Source of the DNA: an uncultured Gammaproteobacteria bacterium
Lineage (GTDB): Bacteria; Pseudomonadota; Gammaproteobacteria; Steroidobacterales; Steroidobacteraceae
DNA: 64,000 bases
Assembly (NCBI GenBank): GCA_963838275.1
Contig: CAWIQV010000023.1
Span: 10,730 to 74,729, forward strand
Direction of reading: 5' to 3'
The notes beneath the pieces are model-generated. The model was given only the letters and a program-made list of their open reading frames with translations. It searched no databases and was not told where the DNA came from. The translations under genes were made by a program, and so were the position numbers. This document shows, in pieces, positions 19,960-29,217 of this stretch; within the stretch, counting starts at the first letter, position 1; every line of letters starts with the position of its first letter.

Positions 19960-20538
19960 CTACTTCTCATCCTTCGTCACTGGGGGGGTCGAAGGTGCCG
20001 CGGAGACTCCAGGCTGTGACCCGGGCGCCGCGGCCTGCGTGGCCAGCGAGGCGTAATAGCGGTTCTGGCGCCGGAACACGTCGCGGTCGAGCGGCGCGAG
20101 CGCCTCGTCGAGCAGGCTGTTCGGGGGCCGCCCGGAAAAGTCGCCGAGGTCCGGCTTCCGCCACGGCACCACGTACATGACTTTCGGCAGTTCGCGGTTG
20201 CCGCTGATCTGGGTGGACTCGAGTTCTATGCGGTCCTGTCCGCGCGACGGCGCAGCGGCAGTACCCGCACTCGCCGCGCGCGCCGCGGGCGGCGGCGCGG
20301 CGCCGACGAGCGGCGGGGCCGCGGCTGGCGCGGCGCGCGCCGGCGTGGCCACGGCTGGCATGGCCACGGCTGGCATGGCCACGGCTGGCGTGGCTCCGGG
20401 CGGCGGCACCTGCGCGCTGCTCGAGGTCACGACCGCCGGTTCGAGTCCGGAGCTGTCGGCAGCGTGCGCCGCCGGCACGAGCGCGGCGGCAAGCACCACG
20501 CTCGCGGCGCGCCGGAGCAGCCGATTCCAGGCAGTCAT
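19960..20538 (-). CDS. exported protein, unknown function (Ala/Pro-rich linker)
   Basis: ORF track, 192 aa. Signal peptide ending AAHA-AD. AVAMPAVAMPAVATPA repeat. Start overlaps the upstream stop (ATGA). Confidence 0.55.
   Translation of the reverse strand: MTAWNRLLRRAASVVLAAALVPAAHAADSSGLEPAVVTSSSAQVPPPGATPAVAMPAVAMPAVATPARAAPAAAPPLVGAAPPPAARAASAGTAAAPSRGQDRIELESTQISGNRELPKVMYVVPWRKPDLGDFSGRPPNSLLDEALAPLDRDVFRRQNRYYASLATQAAAPGSQPGVSAAPSTPPVTKDEK
20341..20388 (-). repeat. in-frame 15-nt tandem repeat x3 (AVAMP/AVAMP/AVATP)
   Basis: ggccacggctggcat repeated in the coding sequence of the 192-aa exported protein. Confidence 0.7.
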
Positions 20539-23500
20539 GTGGGTCCGCCGTTGCCGCCGGTGGCGGCGGTCGCCGGCGTCACGGCATCCGGCGCCGGCGG
20601 CGCCTTGATACCGGTACGGGCGCGCAATTCGGCAATCCAGGTCGTCACCGGCTTGTCCTCCGCCGTCAGCTGCTGGTAGCGCACCATTTCGGGCAGTGCC
20701 GCGACCGGGTCACCCAGGTACAGGTCGAGCAGCACCGCGAGATTGCGGTGCGCCGGCGCATAGCTGTCATCCTGCGCCACGGCGTGCGCAAACGCCGTGC
20801 GCGCGTCGGCAAATTTGCCCTCCTGGCGCAGCGTCAGGCCCAGCTCGTCCCAGGCGACGGCGCCGCCGCCGGCAAGCGTGGTGGCCCGCTGCAGCGCCTG
20901 CTCGGAGCCGGCCAGATCGCCATGCAGCCGCGCCAGCAGTCCCAGGTCGATCGCCGGAGCGGCAAATCCCGGATGCTGCAGCTCGAACTGCTTGAGCTCC
21001 AGCTCCGCATCGGTGGCTCGGCCCGCGAGCGCGAACTGCGTGGCGCGGGAGAAATCCTCGATGGCGGCCGCGGCCGGCGGTCGGGCCGGATCGGCGGATA
21101 CGAGCACCGGGACCCAGGCCTCGCCGCGCTCGCTCTTGCCATAGCGCGCAGGCTTGAGCTCGGCGAGCGCATCGAAGCTCCGCTTCACCGAGGCGTCGTA
21201 GACGCCCTCTGCAGCACGCCTGGTGTTGAGTTCGTGGATCGTGATCGACTGCTCCTCGAACGGATAGGCCTGCTCCTCGAGCAACGAGTCGTACTGCTCG
21301 AGTTCCTCGGCCGAGAGCTTCTTCGGACGCTCCGAGGCGAGCAGGTCGTGCGCCAGGGTGCGGTACAGCTCGGCGGTCTCGTAGGTCGCGGCCGTCGTGG
21401 TCTCGGCCACGTCGTACGCGGCCACGATCTTGTAGGCCTGCACCGCGGCCTCCATGGCCTTCTTCTTGGCGATCAGGCTCTGCTTCAGCGGCGCCACCAG
21501 CCGCACGCCACGAAATGCGTCACGCAGCGGTTCGGCCAGTGCGAGCTGCGCGCGCGCGGCGAGGAACTTCGTGCGGTCGGTACGGGCGGCGCCGGCACCG
21601 GCATCCGCGGCCACGATCTCGCGCTGCCAGTAACGCAGTCGCTCGGCATCGCCCGCCTTGCTCGCCAGCTCCGCGAGCCGCGCACGCACCTCGATCGCCT
21701 CGGGTACCGGCGTCGGGTACTCGCGCACCAGGCGCTCGAGCAATGGCACGCTGCGCGTCGCGTTGCCGGACTGCGCGTACAGGTCGGCTGCCCGCGAGAT
21801 CGCCTCGCGCACCACCGCGCGGTCCTCCTGCGGATTCGCGGCGATGCGCTCGAATTCCGCGGCCGCCTGTGCGCCGCGGCCGGCCTCGACGTAGGCGACC
21901 GCGAGTTTCGGTCCGACCTGGGAGCGGTACTGTCCCTGCGGGTAATCGTGACGGTAGGCTTCGAGCACCTGGATCGCCCGGTCCCACTGGTGATCGTTGA
22001 TCAGCGCCGTGGCGGCGTCGTACTGCGCGGTCTCGACCACCTTCGAGCCGGGCGCGACACGGGCGACGCGCAGGAAGTCTTCGGCGGCCCCCGTCTGGTC
22101 GCCGGCGGTGCGCTTCGCATCCGCCTGCTTGTAGACGGCATCGGCGAGCCGCTCGGTGATGTCCGCGCGTTCCGGATCCGCGGTTCCAGCCGCCGCCAGC
22201 GCGTGCACGAAAGCGGTCTCGGCCTGCGGAAAGTCGGCCTGGTTGAACGCGACCTGGCCGAGCAGGGTCCAGCCGATGCGCTGCTTGGCCGCGTCGACTG
22301 GCGGCGTACGCGCGAGCAGCGCCTGGGCCGCCTGCACGGCGCGCGGCTGGTCGCCGGCAGCATACAGATCCTGGGCCGCGCGCGTGAGCACGCCGGCACT
22401 CTCCGGATGCTCCGGAAAGGCGGCGGCGAACTTCAGTCCCGAATCCATGGCGCGCTGCCTGGTCGCGGCGCGCGCCTCGGGCGCCTGCCCGTCCTGGTAT
22501 TTCTGGTAGGACACCAGCGCCGCGTAGCCGGCCTCCGCGGAATGCGCATTGCGCGGGTAGTCGTAGGCGGTGTGTTCATACTCGCCCGCGGCATCCAGGA
22601 ACTGGTGGCTCTCGAACAGCGCGTCGGCGAGCAGGTAGTTGGTGGCGGCGGAGTCCGGATCGTCCGGGAAACTCTGCAGGTAGGCCCGGTACCAGTGCGC
22701 CGCGGCGCCGTAGTCCTCGGGCTTGTGGCTCTTCTGCGCCTGCGAATGGTAGTACTGGGCCACGTCCTTCAGGTTGGTCTTGAGCTCGCTGACCACGTCC
22801 GGATAGTCGCGGTGCGCGCGCGCGCTCCAGAACGGCTGGTCGAATCCGTAGCGCTGCACGTACTCGAGCTTGCCCTGCAGCATCAGGTCGGCAAACCCGC
22901 CCTTGCGGTAGGCCTCGATGGCGGCCATCGACAGCGCCGGGGCATGCACGTCGACCGGATCGCGGCCCACGAAGGCGCGATAGGTCGAGGCGGCGTCCTG
23001 GTAGCGCTGCTTCTCCACGTACAGGTCCCCGAGCCGCGAGTACAGCAGCCAGGCGTACGGCATGTGGCCGCGACGACTCGTGAATTCATCGACCGACTTG
23101 GCGCCGTCCAGGTAGGAAAAGGTGATGCTCATGACGCGCAGCGTATCCTGCGCGAGTTCGCGGTCGGCGCGGCCGAGGCTGTCCCAGTCGCGTTCCTGCC
23201 CCGGATTGCGCGCATCGATCAGCCGCAGGTCCAGCAGGTCGGCAAAGGAGCCGAGGCTGTCCTCGTTGAGCCCGCGCTTGAACAGCGACCAGCCATGCTT
23301 GTACAGGCTCTGCGCGTAGAAGGCCGAGCCGTCGCGTCCGCGCGCGAGCACCGCCTCGTACGCCTGCTGGGCATCGGCATAGCGCTGCGCCGAGAACAGC
23401 AGCTCGCCGCGGCGGAACTGCACCTCGCCGATATCGCGGCTGGCCGGGAAGCGCGCGACGATGGCATCGAGCGTCGCGAGCGCCTGCACCGGCTGGCCCG

Positions 23501-23936
23501 TGGTTTCATAGGCGCGCGCGAGCTGATAGAGCACCTGGTCGTTGCGCGCGTAGTCCGGATAGGCCTTCAGCAGCGTCGTGTACAGCCGGATCGCCTCCGC
23601 GCCCTGCGCGTCGATCTGCGACACCTCGGTGGCCATGCGCTCGAGTTCGCCTGACTCGAGATTCAGATCGCCGAGCCGGCGCAGCGCCTCGGCCCGCAGC
23701 CTCGGATCCGCATTCTGCAGGTCGAGGAAGGCGCGGTAGTTATCCATCGCCCGCGATGCGCTGCCCTTCGGCACGGCCGAGGGCTGCACGTCGACCGGGG
23801 TACGCTCGAGGTCCGCGATGGTCGCAGGCGGCTTCGGCGGCTTCTTGGCCCATGCCGAAGCGGTGGCGACGAGCAGCAGCGCAGCGAGGCTCGCTGCGCG
23901 GCCGAAGCCGAGCGCACGGCGGCCCGGGCGGCTCAT
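20535..23936 (-). CDS. large exported tetratricopeptide-repeat protein (1133 aa)
   Basis: ORF track. Signal peptide LLLVATASAWA. Many 34-aa Ala/Tyr/Leu helical repeats (YbgF/BamD-like, e.g. YQLARAYETTGQPVQALATLDAIVARFP). Overlaps both neighbours by 4 nt. Confidence 0.8.
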   Translation of the reverse strand: MSRPGRRALGFGRAASLAALLLVATASAWAKKPPKPPATIADLERTPVDVQPSAVPKGSASRAMDNYRAFLDLQNADPRLRAEALRRLGDLNLESGELERMATEVSQIDAQGAEAIRLYTTLLKAYPDYARNDQVLYQLARAYETTGQPVQALATLDAIVARFPASRDIGEVQFRRGELLFSAQRYADAQQAYEAVLARGRDGSAFYAQSLYKHGWSLFKRGLNEDSLGSFADLLDLRLIDARNPGQERDWDSLGRADRELAQDTLRVMSITFSYLDGAKSVDEFTSRRGHMPYAWLLYSRLGDLYVEKQRYQDAASTYRAFVGRDPVDVHAPALSMAAIEAYRKGGFADLMLQGKLEYVQRYGFDQPFWSARAHRDYPDVVSELKTNLKDVAQYYHSQAQKSHKPEDYGAAAHWYRAYLQSFPDDPDSAATNYLLADALFESHQFLDAAGEYEHTAYDYPRNAHSAEAGYAALVSYQKYQDGQAPEARAATRQRAMDSGLKFAAAFPEHPESAGVLTRAAQDLYAAGDQPRAVQAAQALLARTPPVDAAKQRIGWTLLGQVAFNQADFPQAETAFVHALAAAGTADPERADITERLADAVYKQADAKRTAGDQTGAAEDFLRVARVAPGSKVVETAQYDAATALINDHQWDRAIQVLEAYRHDYPQGQYRSQVGPKLAVAYVEAGRGAQAAAEFERIAANPQEDRAVVREAISRAADLYAQSGNATRSVPLLERLVREYPTPVPEAIEVRARLAELASKAGDAERLRYWQREIVAADAGAGAARTDRTKFLAARAQLALAEPLRDAFRGVRLVAPLKQSLIAKKKAMEAAVQAYKIVAAYDVAETTTAATYETAELYRTLAHDLLASERPKKLSAEELEQYDSLLEEQAYPFEEQSITIHELNTRRAAEGVYDASVKRSFDALAELKPARYGKSERGEAWVPVLVSADPARPPAAAAIEDFSRATQFALAGRATDAELELKQFELQHPGFAAPAIDLGLLARLHGDLAGSEQALQRATTLAGGGAVAWDELGLTLRQEGKFADARTAFAHAVAQDDSYAPAHRNLAVLLDLYLGDPVAALPEMVRYQQLTAEDKPVTTWIAELRARTGIKAPPAPDAVTPATAATGGNGGPT

Positions 23937-25969
23937 GGCGGCGCCGGCACGGCCGTGGGCGCATCCGGAGCCGCGACCGGCGTCGCAGTGCCCGGGGACG
24001 CCGCGCCGGCCGGGGGCGCCGCGTCTGCCGGGGACGCCGCGTCTGCCGGGGACGCCGGCCCGGCCGGGGGCCCCGGGCCGCCGGCATCACTCCTGTCGGA
24101 TGCACGATCGTAGATGTCCGCCAGCTGGAAGCGGGCCTGCACCGCGTAGGCCGCCAGCCGGTCCTTCTGCGCCTGCAGTTCGGAGACCGCGAGGCCTTCG
24201 AGAAACGCGCCCTGCTGTCGCGAGCCGTCGGCGAGCCGAGCGTGCAGCGCCTGGATTCGTGCGCTCAGCGCGGCGATGCGGGCCGCGAATTCGCCATTGT
24301 TCGACGGTACGGTGGCGCGGGCGCGCTGCACGCGCGCCCAGCGGTTCTGCAGCTCTTCGAGCGCCACGTCGATCTCGTGCAGCGCATGGTGCTGCTCGTA
24401 GCTGCGGGTCTTGAACTGCGAATCCAGCCGCCAGTACAGCGCCCCCCGGATCAGCCGCAGCTTGTCGGCCGCCGCCTCGCGCTCCAGGCTCGGCGGCAGG
24501 GCCTCGAGCTGCTCGACGAGCCGCGTCACGCGCGCCCACTGCTCGCGCTCGGTGGCACTGCCGAGCGCGGCCACGTCGTCGCCGGTCTCGATGGCGTTGA
24601 GCCGCGACTCCATCTCGGCGCGGGTCGCACGCAGGTGGGCCGGCGCATCGGTGGCCAGCAGCGCATCGGTCCGCGGCAGGCGTTCGGCGTAGGCACGCTC
24701 GCGCGTATCGATCATTGCCGCGAACGCCTCCATGCTGTCATCCCAGCTCTCCAGGCTGGTGCGCATGAAGGCGAGATCGCGATAGTTCTTCAACCCTTCC
24801 TGGAAATCATTGTCAGCCAGGATCGAATACAGGTAACGCGACTCCGGCACGTCCGGCGGCGCCTGCAGCTGCCAGAACCAGCCGTGACGTCCGTCCTTGT
24901 CCTCGCCGAGCAGCTCGTCGAGCACATGGCCGTCCCGGATGTGGTCGATCGCCGTGTCGAGCGCTGCGGATTCGCCGGCAAAGGATTTCAGCGCGCTCTC
25001 GTAGGCGTCGGCCGCCTGGCCGTTCGCCTCGAGCTTCGAGTACGCGAACGGCACCGCCAGGAATGACTCCTGCACGGCCGCGTCGAGCAGGCTGCGATCA
25101 TGCAGCGCGAGCCAGGGTCGCAGCGCGGCGCGAAAGTCGCCGAGCTGCGCGTGCGCCCAGCCGTCACCGAGCAGCGCGCGGCTCGAGTACGGCCCGTCGA
25201 GGCGGATGCGCTCGAGCGGCGCGAGCGACTGCTGGTTCTGTCCGGCCTGCAGGTAGGCGAAGCCGAGGGCGAGATTGGCCTTGTCACGCAGGTTCAGCAG
25301 CTCCTCGTCCCGGGTGTTGAGCGTGCCGACCGCGGTCAGAAGCGGATCCGCATCCCCGAGCCGCCCGGCCCGCACCAGCGCCACGCCGAGATTGAAGCGC
25401 GTGTAGGCCATCCAGTCCGGAGCGCCACGCCACTGCTGCGCGCGCGCGATCACCTCGTCGAAACGCTGCTGATGCATCAGCACGTTGATGAGCAGGTGCA
25501 TCCGCTCGGCTTCCTGCTCCGCGGGCAGAGTGCCCTGGATCCGGCCGAGCGCCAGTTCGGCCCGATCGTAGTAACCGCGGTCATACCAGATCCGGGCGAG
25601 GTAGTACCAGGCGCGGTTACGCAGTAGCGGGGGAATCCGGTCGGTCAGCAACCGCTCGAAGCGGCGGCCGGCTTCATTGTGCATCCCCAACGACAGGTAC
25701 AGTCCGCCGGCGAGCAGCTCCGCATCGCCGGCGTTGTGCGGCATGCGCTGCCACTGCGCATAGGCCTCGAGGCGCGTGAGCGCCTCGAGTTCGTTGCCCT
25801 GGTAGAAATAAAACAGCACGTCGCCGTAGTACAGGTCCTGCACGCGTACGGTGGGCAGCTGGTCGCGTGCCTTGCGCGCCGCCTGCGCCGGCGCGACCGC
25901 GGCCACGGTGCCGGCGGCGGCCAGCACGGCGATGGCGAGCAGGCGCAATGGGTGGCGGCCCCGGCTCAT
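23933..25969 (-). CDS. exported TPR-like/coiled-coil protein (678 aa)
   Basis: ORF track. Signal peptide ending APAQA. TPR-like N-half (WYYLARIWYDRGYYDRAELAL), coiled-coil C-half, Pro/Ala tail. Confidence 0.7.
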   Translation of the reverse strand: MSRGRHPLRLLAIAVLAAAGTVAAVAPAQAARKARDQLPTVRVQDLYYGDVLFYFYQGNELEALTRLEAYAQWQRMPHNAGDAELLAGGLYLSLGMHNEAGRRFERLLTDRIPPLLRNRAWYYLARIWYDRGYYDRAELALGRIQGTLPAEQEAERMHLLINVLMHQQRFDEVIARAQQWRGAPDWMAYTRFNLGVALVRAGRLGDADPLLTAVGTLNTRDEELLNLRDKANLALGFAYLQAGQNQQSLAPLERIRLDGPYSSRALLGDGWAHAQLGDFRAALRPWLALHDRSLLDAAVQESFLAVPFAYSKLEANGQAADAYESALKSFAGESAALDTAIDHIRDGHVLDELLGEDKDGRHGWFWQLQAPPDVPESRYLYSILADNDFQEGLKNYRDLAFMRTSLESWDDSMEAFAAMIDTRERAYAERLPRTDALLATDAPAHLRATRAEMESRLNAIETGDDVAALGSATEREQWARVTRLVEQLEALPPSLEREAAADKLRLIRGALYWRLDSQFKTRSYEQHHALHEIDVALEELQNRWARVQRARATVPSNNGEFAARIAALSARIQALHARLADGSRQQGAFLEGLAVSELQAQKDRLAAYAVQARFQLADIYDRASDRSDAGGPGPPAGPASPADAASPADAAPPAGAASPGTATPVAAPDAPTAVPAPP
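24017..24058 (-). repeat. in-frame 18-nt tandem repeat x2 (ASPADA ASPADA)
   Basis: gcgtctgccggggacgcc duplicated in the C-terminal tail of the 678-aa protein. Borders approximate. Confidence 0.6.
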
Positions 25970-25976
25970 GCGTCGA

Positions 25977-26786
25977 CTATTCCCAGTCCTTGATTTCGAA
26001 TTCCGGCTGCTGGGCGCGCGCGCGGTCGGTGATCTTCAGCTCGAGATACTTGGCGCCCACGCCTTTCTCGAACTTCAACGTGGCGGCGCGCCGGTAATTG
26101 CGTTCGTTCGGGCCCTTGCCATTGAAGAACGCCACCAGCTCGTGCTGTCCGGCCTTCAGGTTGCCGACGTAGAGCTGTTGCACGCCACCCTTGAGCAACG
26201 CGGCGACCTCGCGCGGCGTGTACAGGTAGTCCTTGACCTCGCGATTGTCGACCTTGAGCGTGATCGAATCGAGCGCGAAGAAGTCGCCGACGTCGACCGA
26301 GACGAACACCGCGACCTGCGTGTTGGCCGGAAACAGCAGTTCCTCCTCGAGCACGAACAGGTCCTTGTTCAGGTCGACCACGTCCTTCTTGAGGTCCTGC
26401 ACCTGTTCGTCGAGCGAGCGTGTACCGGCCGGCTCGCCGGCGGCAGGAGCGGCAGTCGCGGCCGCAGCGCCTGCATCGGCAGCGCCCGGCGCACTCTCGC
26501 CCGTCACGGGGTTCGACGCCTGGCCCACCGCTGGGCCCACCGCTGGGCCCACGGCAGGACCCGCCGCGGGACCGGGACCGTCGGCCGCCGCGGCTGTCGC
26601 GGGTGACGCGGGCGCCGCGGGCGCCGCGGCCGGCGCTGCCGCTGCCGGCGCGACGGGCGCCGCAGCCGCAGTCGGGGGGCTCACGGTCGCGTCCGCCGCG
26701 TGCAGCGATGGCGCGTGCAGCACCGCCAGGGTCAATGCCGGCACCAGTGCCAGCACCCGAAGTCGATACCAAGCCATTGTTTTCAT
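25977..26786 (-). CDS. exported protein, unknown function (Ala/Pro-rich N-region plus ~150-aa C-terminal domain)
   Basis: ORF track, 269 aa. Signal peptide ending SLHA-AD. GPAVGPAVGPAV repeat. First of the co-directional exported genes after the thioredoxin. Confidence 0.65.
   Translation of the reverse strand: MKTMAWYRLRVLALVPALTLAVLHAPSLHAADATVSPPTAAAAPVAPAAAAPAAAPAAPASPATAAAADGPGPAAGPAVGPAVGPAVGQASNPVTGESAPGAADAGAAAATAAPAAGEPAGTRSLDEQVQDLKKDVVDLNKDLFVLEEELLFPANTQVAVFVSVDVGDFFALDSITLKVDNREVKDYLYTPREVAALLKGGVQQLYVGNLKAGQHELVAFFNGKGPNERNYRRAATLKFEKGVGAKYLELKITDRARAQQPEFEIKDWE
26522..26561 (-). repeat. in-frame 12-nt tandem repeat x3 (GPAV GPAV GPAV)
   Basis: gcccaccgctgg repeated in the linker of the 269-aa exported protein. 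Confidence 0.7.
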
Positions 26787-26813
26787 GAGGCTAGAGTTTT
26801 TGACCTTGAAGAT

Positions 26814-27341
26814 TCAGGGATGCCCGTCGTCGTCGAGCAAGGCGCGGATCTGCGCGACGTAGGACGGATCGTCGGCACGGAACTCCCGGTGCAGGTAGCG
26901 CACCACCCCCGCGCGGTCGATCAGCACGGTGGTAGGCAGGCGGTCGATGCCATAGCTTCGGCTCACGCTCTTAGCTTGATCGAGCAGCAGCGGAAATGCC
27001 GTGACGTGCGCACGCGCGTAGTCACGCGCGCGCTGGGAATCGTCGTCGACGCTGATACCGAGCACGACCAGGCCCGAGGAGCGGTAGGTGCCAAACAGCC
27101 GGTCCAGCGCCGTGAGGGCCGGCGCGCAGGTCCCGCACCGGCTGCTCCAGAACGACAGGATGACCGGCTGGCCGCGGTACTCGGACAGCCGTACGTTGGC
27201 GCCGGCGAAGGCCGGAAGCGCGAAATCCGGTGCCGCAGCGTCCAGCGGCTGCGGCGTCGCGGCACGTGCGGCCGCGCCGGGCAGGATGCCAGCGCCGGAG
27301 ACCAGCCACAGTACCCAGATTGCCCGTCGTATGCACCGCAC
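26814..27341 (-). CDS. TlpA-like periplasmic thiol:disulfide oxidoreductase
   Basis: ORF track, 175 aa. Signal peptide. Thioredoxin-fold active site WSSRCGTC. AhpC/TSA-like PDFALP motif. Confidence 0.8.
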   Translation of the reverse strand: MRCIRRAIWVLWLVSGAGILPGAAARAATPQPLDAAAPDFALPAFAGANVRLSEYRGQPVILSFWSSRCGTCAPALTALDRLFGTYRSSGLVVLGISVDDDSQRARDYARAHVTAFPLLLDQAKSVSRSYGIDRLPTTVLIDRAGVVRYLHREFRADDPSYVAQIRALLDDDGHP

Positions 27342-27520
27342 TCGCTGCTGCTCTCGCGATTGGAACCAATGGGTCGCCGGGTCCTCCGGCAGCCGGGGGG
27401 CGGCGTCGGGCTGCGCGACGATTTGACATTATCCGTCAATCTGCCCCGTGTCGCTTGAGATCCTGTCCACGGAATCGACGTCCGGATGCGCCCTCACTAT
27501 GGCCGATCGGAACGCGCCAC

Positions 27521-27550
27521 GGCAGCTGTCGGCGCGGGCCGACAGCTGCC
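27521..27550 (-). terminator. GC-rich hairpin downstream of the Tat-protein gene (possible terminator, no U-tract)
   Basis: GGCAGCTGTCGGC-GCGG-GCCGACAGCTGCC is a perfect 13-bp stem, 45 nt after the stop at 27595. It separates the 27.6-33 kb operon from the 17-27 kb operon. Confidence 0.35.
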
Positions 27551-27594
27551 CGCGCGTGCGCTGGGCAGGAGCGTGCTCGAAGAAGGCGGCCGCG

Positions 27595-29194
27595 CTAGCG
27601 GATCGGATTCAGCGCGATCAGCTGGTCGTAGCCACTCGCGCTGCCGAGGCCGGTGCCGACGCCGCCGGCCCACTGCAGGGTCTGAAACGCGCCAGCCGCG
27701 CCGTGCAGCGCCATGTAGTTGAGCACCACCATCTCGGTGAGCAGGTTCACGGCATTCGCACCCGGGCTCGAGGTCGAATTCACGTCGCCGCCGCTGGTGT
27801 AGGAACCAATCTGGTTCGTGACCGCGACCGGGCGTCCGGTCGGGTTGTAGACCAGGAAGAACGTCGCTGCGGTCGACTCGTTGTCGGAGGTCCAGACACC
27901 CTTGCCACGCCCGCCCACCGAGTTGTCGACCATGCCGCTGCTGACCACCGAGCCGTCGGTGAACACGTAGATCATCAGCGGCTGGCCCATGCGTGCCGCG
28001 TACTCGAGGCAGGCACCGATGCACTGGCCGGCCTCCAGGTCGCGCATCTCCCCGGTCGCGCGGTCGCCGGTGTGGTAGTCGAAGCCTCCCATCTCGATGG
28101 TGCCGGCCGCCGCGTAGCCGTTGACCACCATCTTCATGACGGCGGCGGTGGCGCGGAAATTCGAGTCGGACTGGTATTCGGCGGTGCTGAAAATGCCCGC
28201 ACTGCCGACGATCTGCGGATCGAGATCCGGATTGAGCGTCGCAGTCGCATTGCCGAAACTGGTCCACCTGGTTCGCGGCGCTCACGTAGCCGCACTGCAC
28301 GAGGTCCTTCGCGACCGCGTCCTGCGTCGGCCCCAGCAGCGTGTCGACCGCGTCGAGCTTCTTGCGGCTGATGCGTTCGACCGACTCGAGCACCGCCACC
28401 GCGTCATTCTGGCTCAGCAGGCCCACGAGCTGTCCGGTGCTCACCAGTCCGGTCACGTCCGACGCCTGCGCAACCTTGGTCGGCGGCACGGTCGGATCGA
28501 TCATGTAGGACGGCGCCATCGAATTGCCGCCCGACACCGTACTCTGCGTGCCGATCAGCGGCAGCAGCGAGCCGGAATTGCCTCGACCGGGCGTGAGCAC
28601 GCCGAATCCGGACGTATAGATGCCGTACATCGGATTCATCTGGTTGTTGCCGGTGTCGTTCTGGCTCATCTCGGCGAAGATCGCGCCGTTGACGTTGGCC
28701 GCCGTCGATGCGGCGACGCGCTGCTTGATGCCGCGCAGGTACGCGCTGTCGCTGTGAAACGCGACACCGAGCGTCTGGTCGACGAAGTTGCCCGCGCCGA
28801 CCGAGTTGTTGGGCAGCATGTTGCCCGGCAGCCCCAGGCGGCTGTAGCCCGCGGTGGACAGGAAATCCAGCTGTCCGCCGGGTCCGCCGACCAGCACGTT
28901 CGAGCCGGCGATGTTGCCGCCGCCAGCCAGGTCGAAGCAGATGAAGGGGATCATGCCGGCCTTGCCCTGCAGGAAGCACGGCGCTCCGGTAGCGAGCGCC
29001 TGGATGTCCGGCGCCAGCGCGGCGCGGGCCGCGCGCGGATCGGCGAACAGGCTGTACACCGACAGCCCCGCGACCGTGGCAGTGGCGCCCCGGAACCCCT
29101 GCGCGAGGAATTCGCGCCGGGTAACCGGCCGCCGGTGATCCGGATGGCGGAGCGGTTCGTTGATCCCTAGGGGCCGCTTGCGTTTGAACTTCAT
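27595..29194 (-). pseudogene. Tat-exported DUF1501-like (alkaline-phosphatase-fold-like) protein, interrupted by a +1 indel
   Basis: The N-terminal ~315 aa lie in the frame of ORF 27497..29260 (MKFKRKRPL..., twin-arginine PVTRREFLAQG). The C-terminal ~215 aa lie in the frame of ORF 27595..28137 (MGGFDYHTGDRATGE...). The junction is GACCAGTTTCGGCAAT at ~28250; TTT to TT gives VDQFGNATATL. Span 1600 nt = 3n+1. Confidence 0.7.
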
Positions 29195-29217
29195 GGCTGG
29201 CGCCTCGTAATGAATGC

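Noticed and set aside
20748-23654. 968-aa plus-strand ORF
   Set aside because: It is antisense to the 1133-aa TPR gene, which is translationally coupled to both neighbours. The composition is typical of the wrong frame in GC-rich DNA.
20341-26561. Possible CRISPR or other non-coding repeat arrays
   Set aside because: All tandem repeats seen are 6-21 nt, in frame, without spacers, and lie inside coding low-complexity linkers. No CRISPR-like repeat-spacer architecture and no cas genes occur anywhere in the window.
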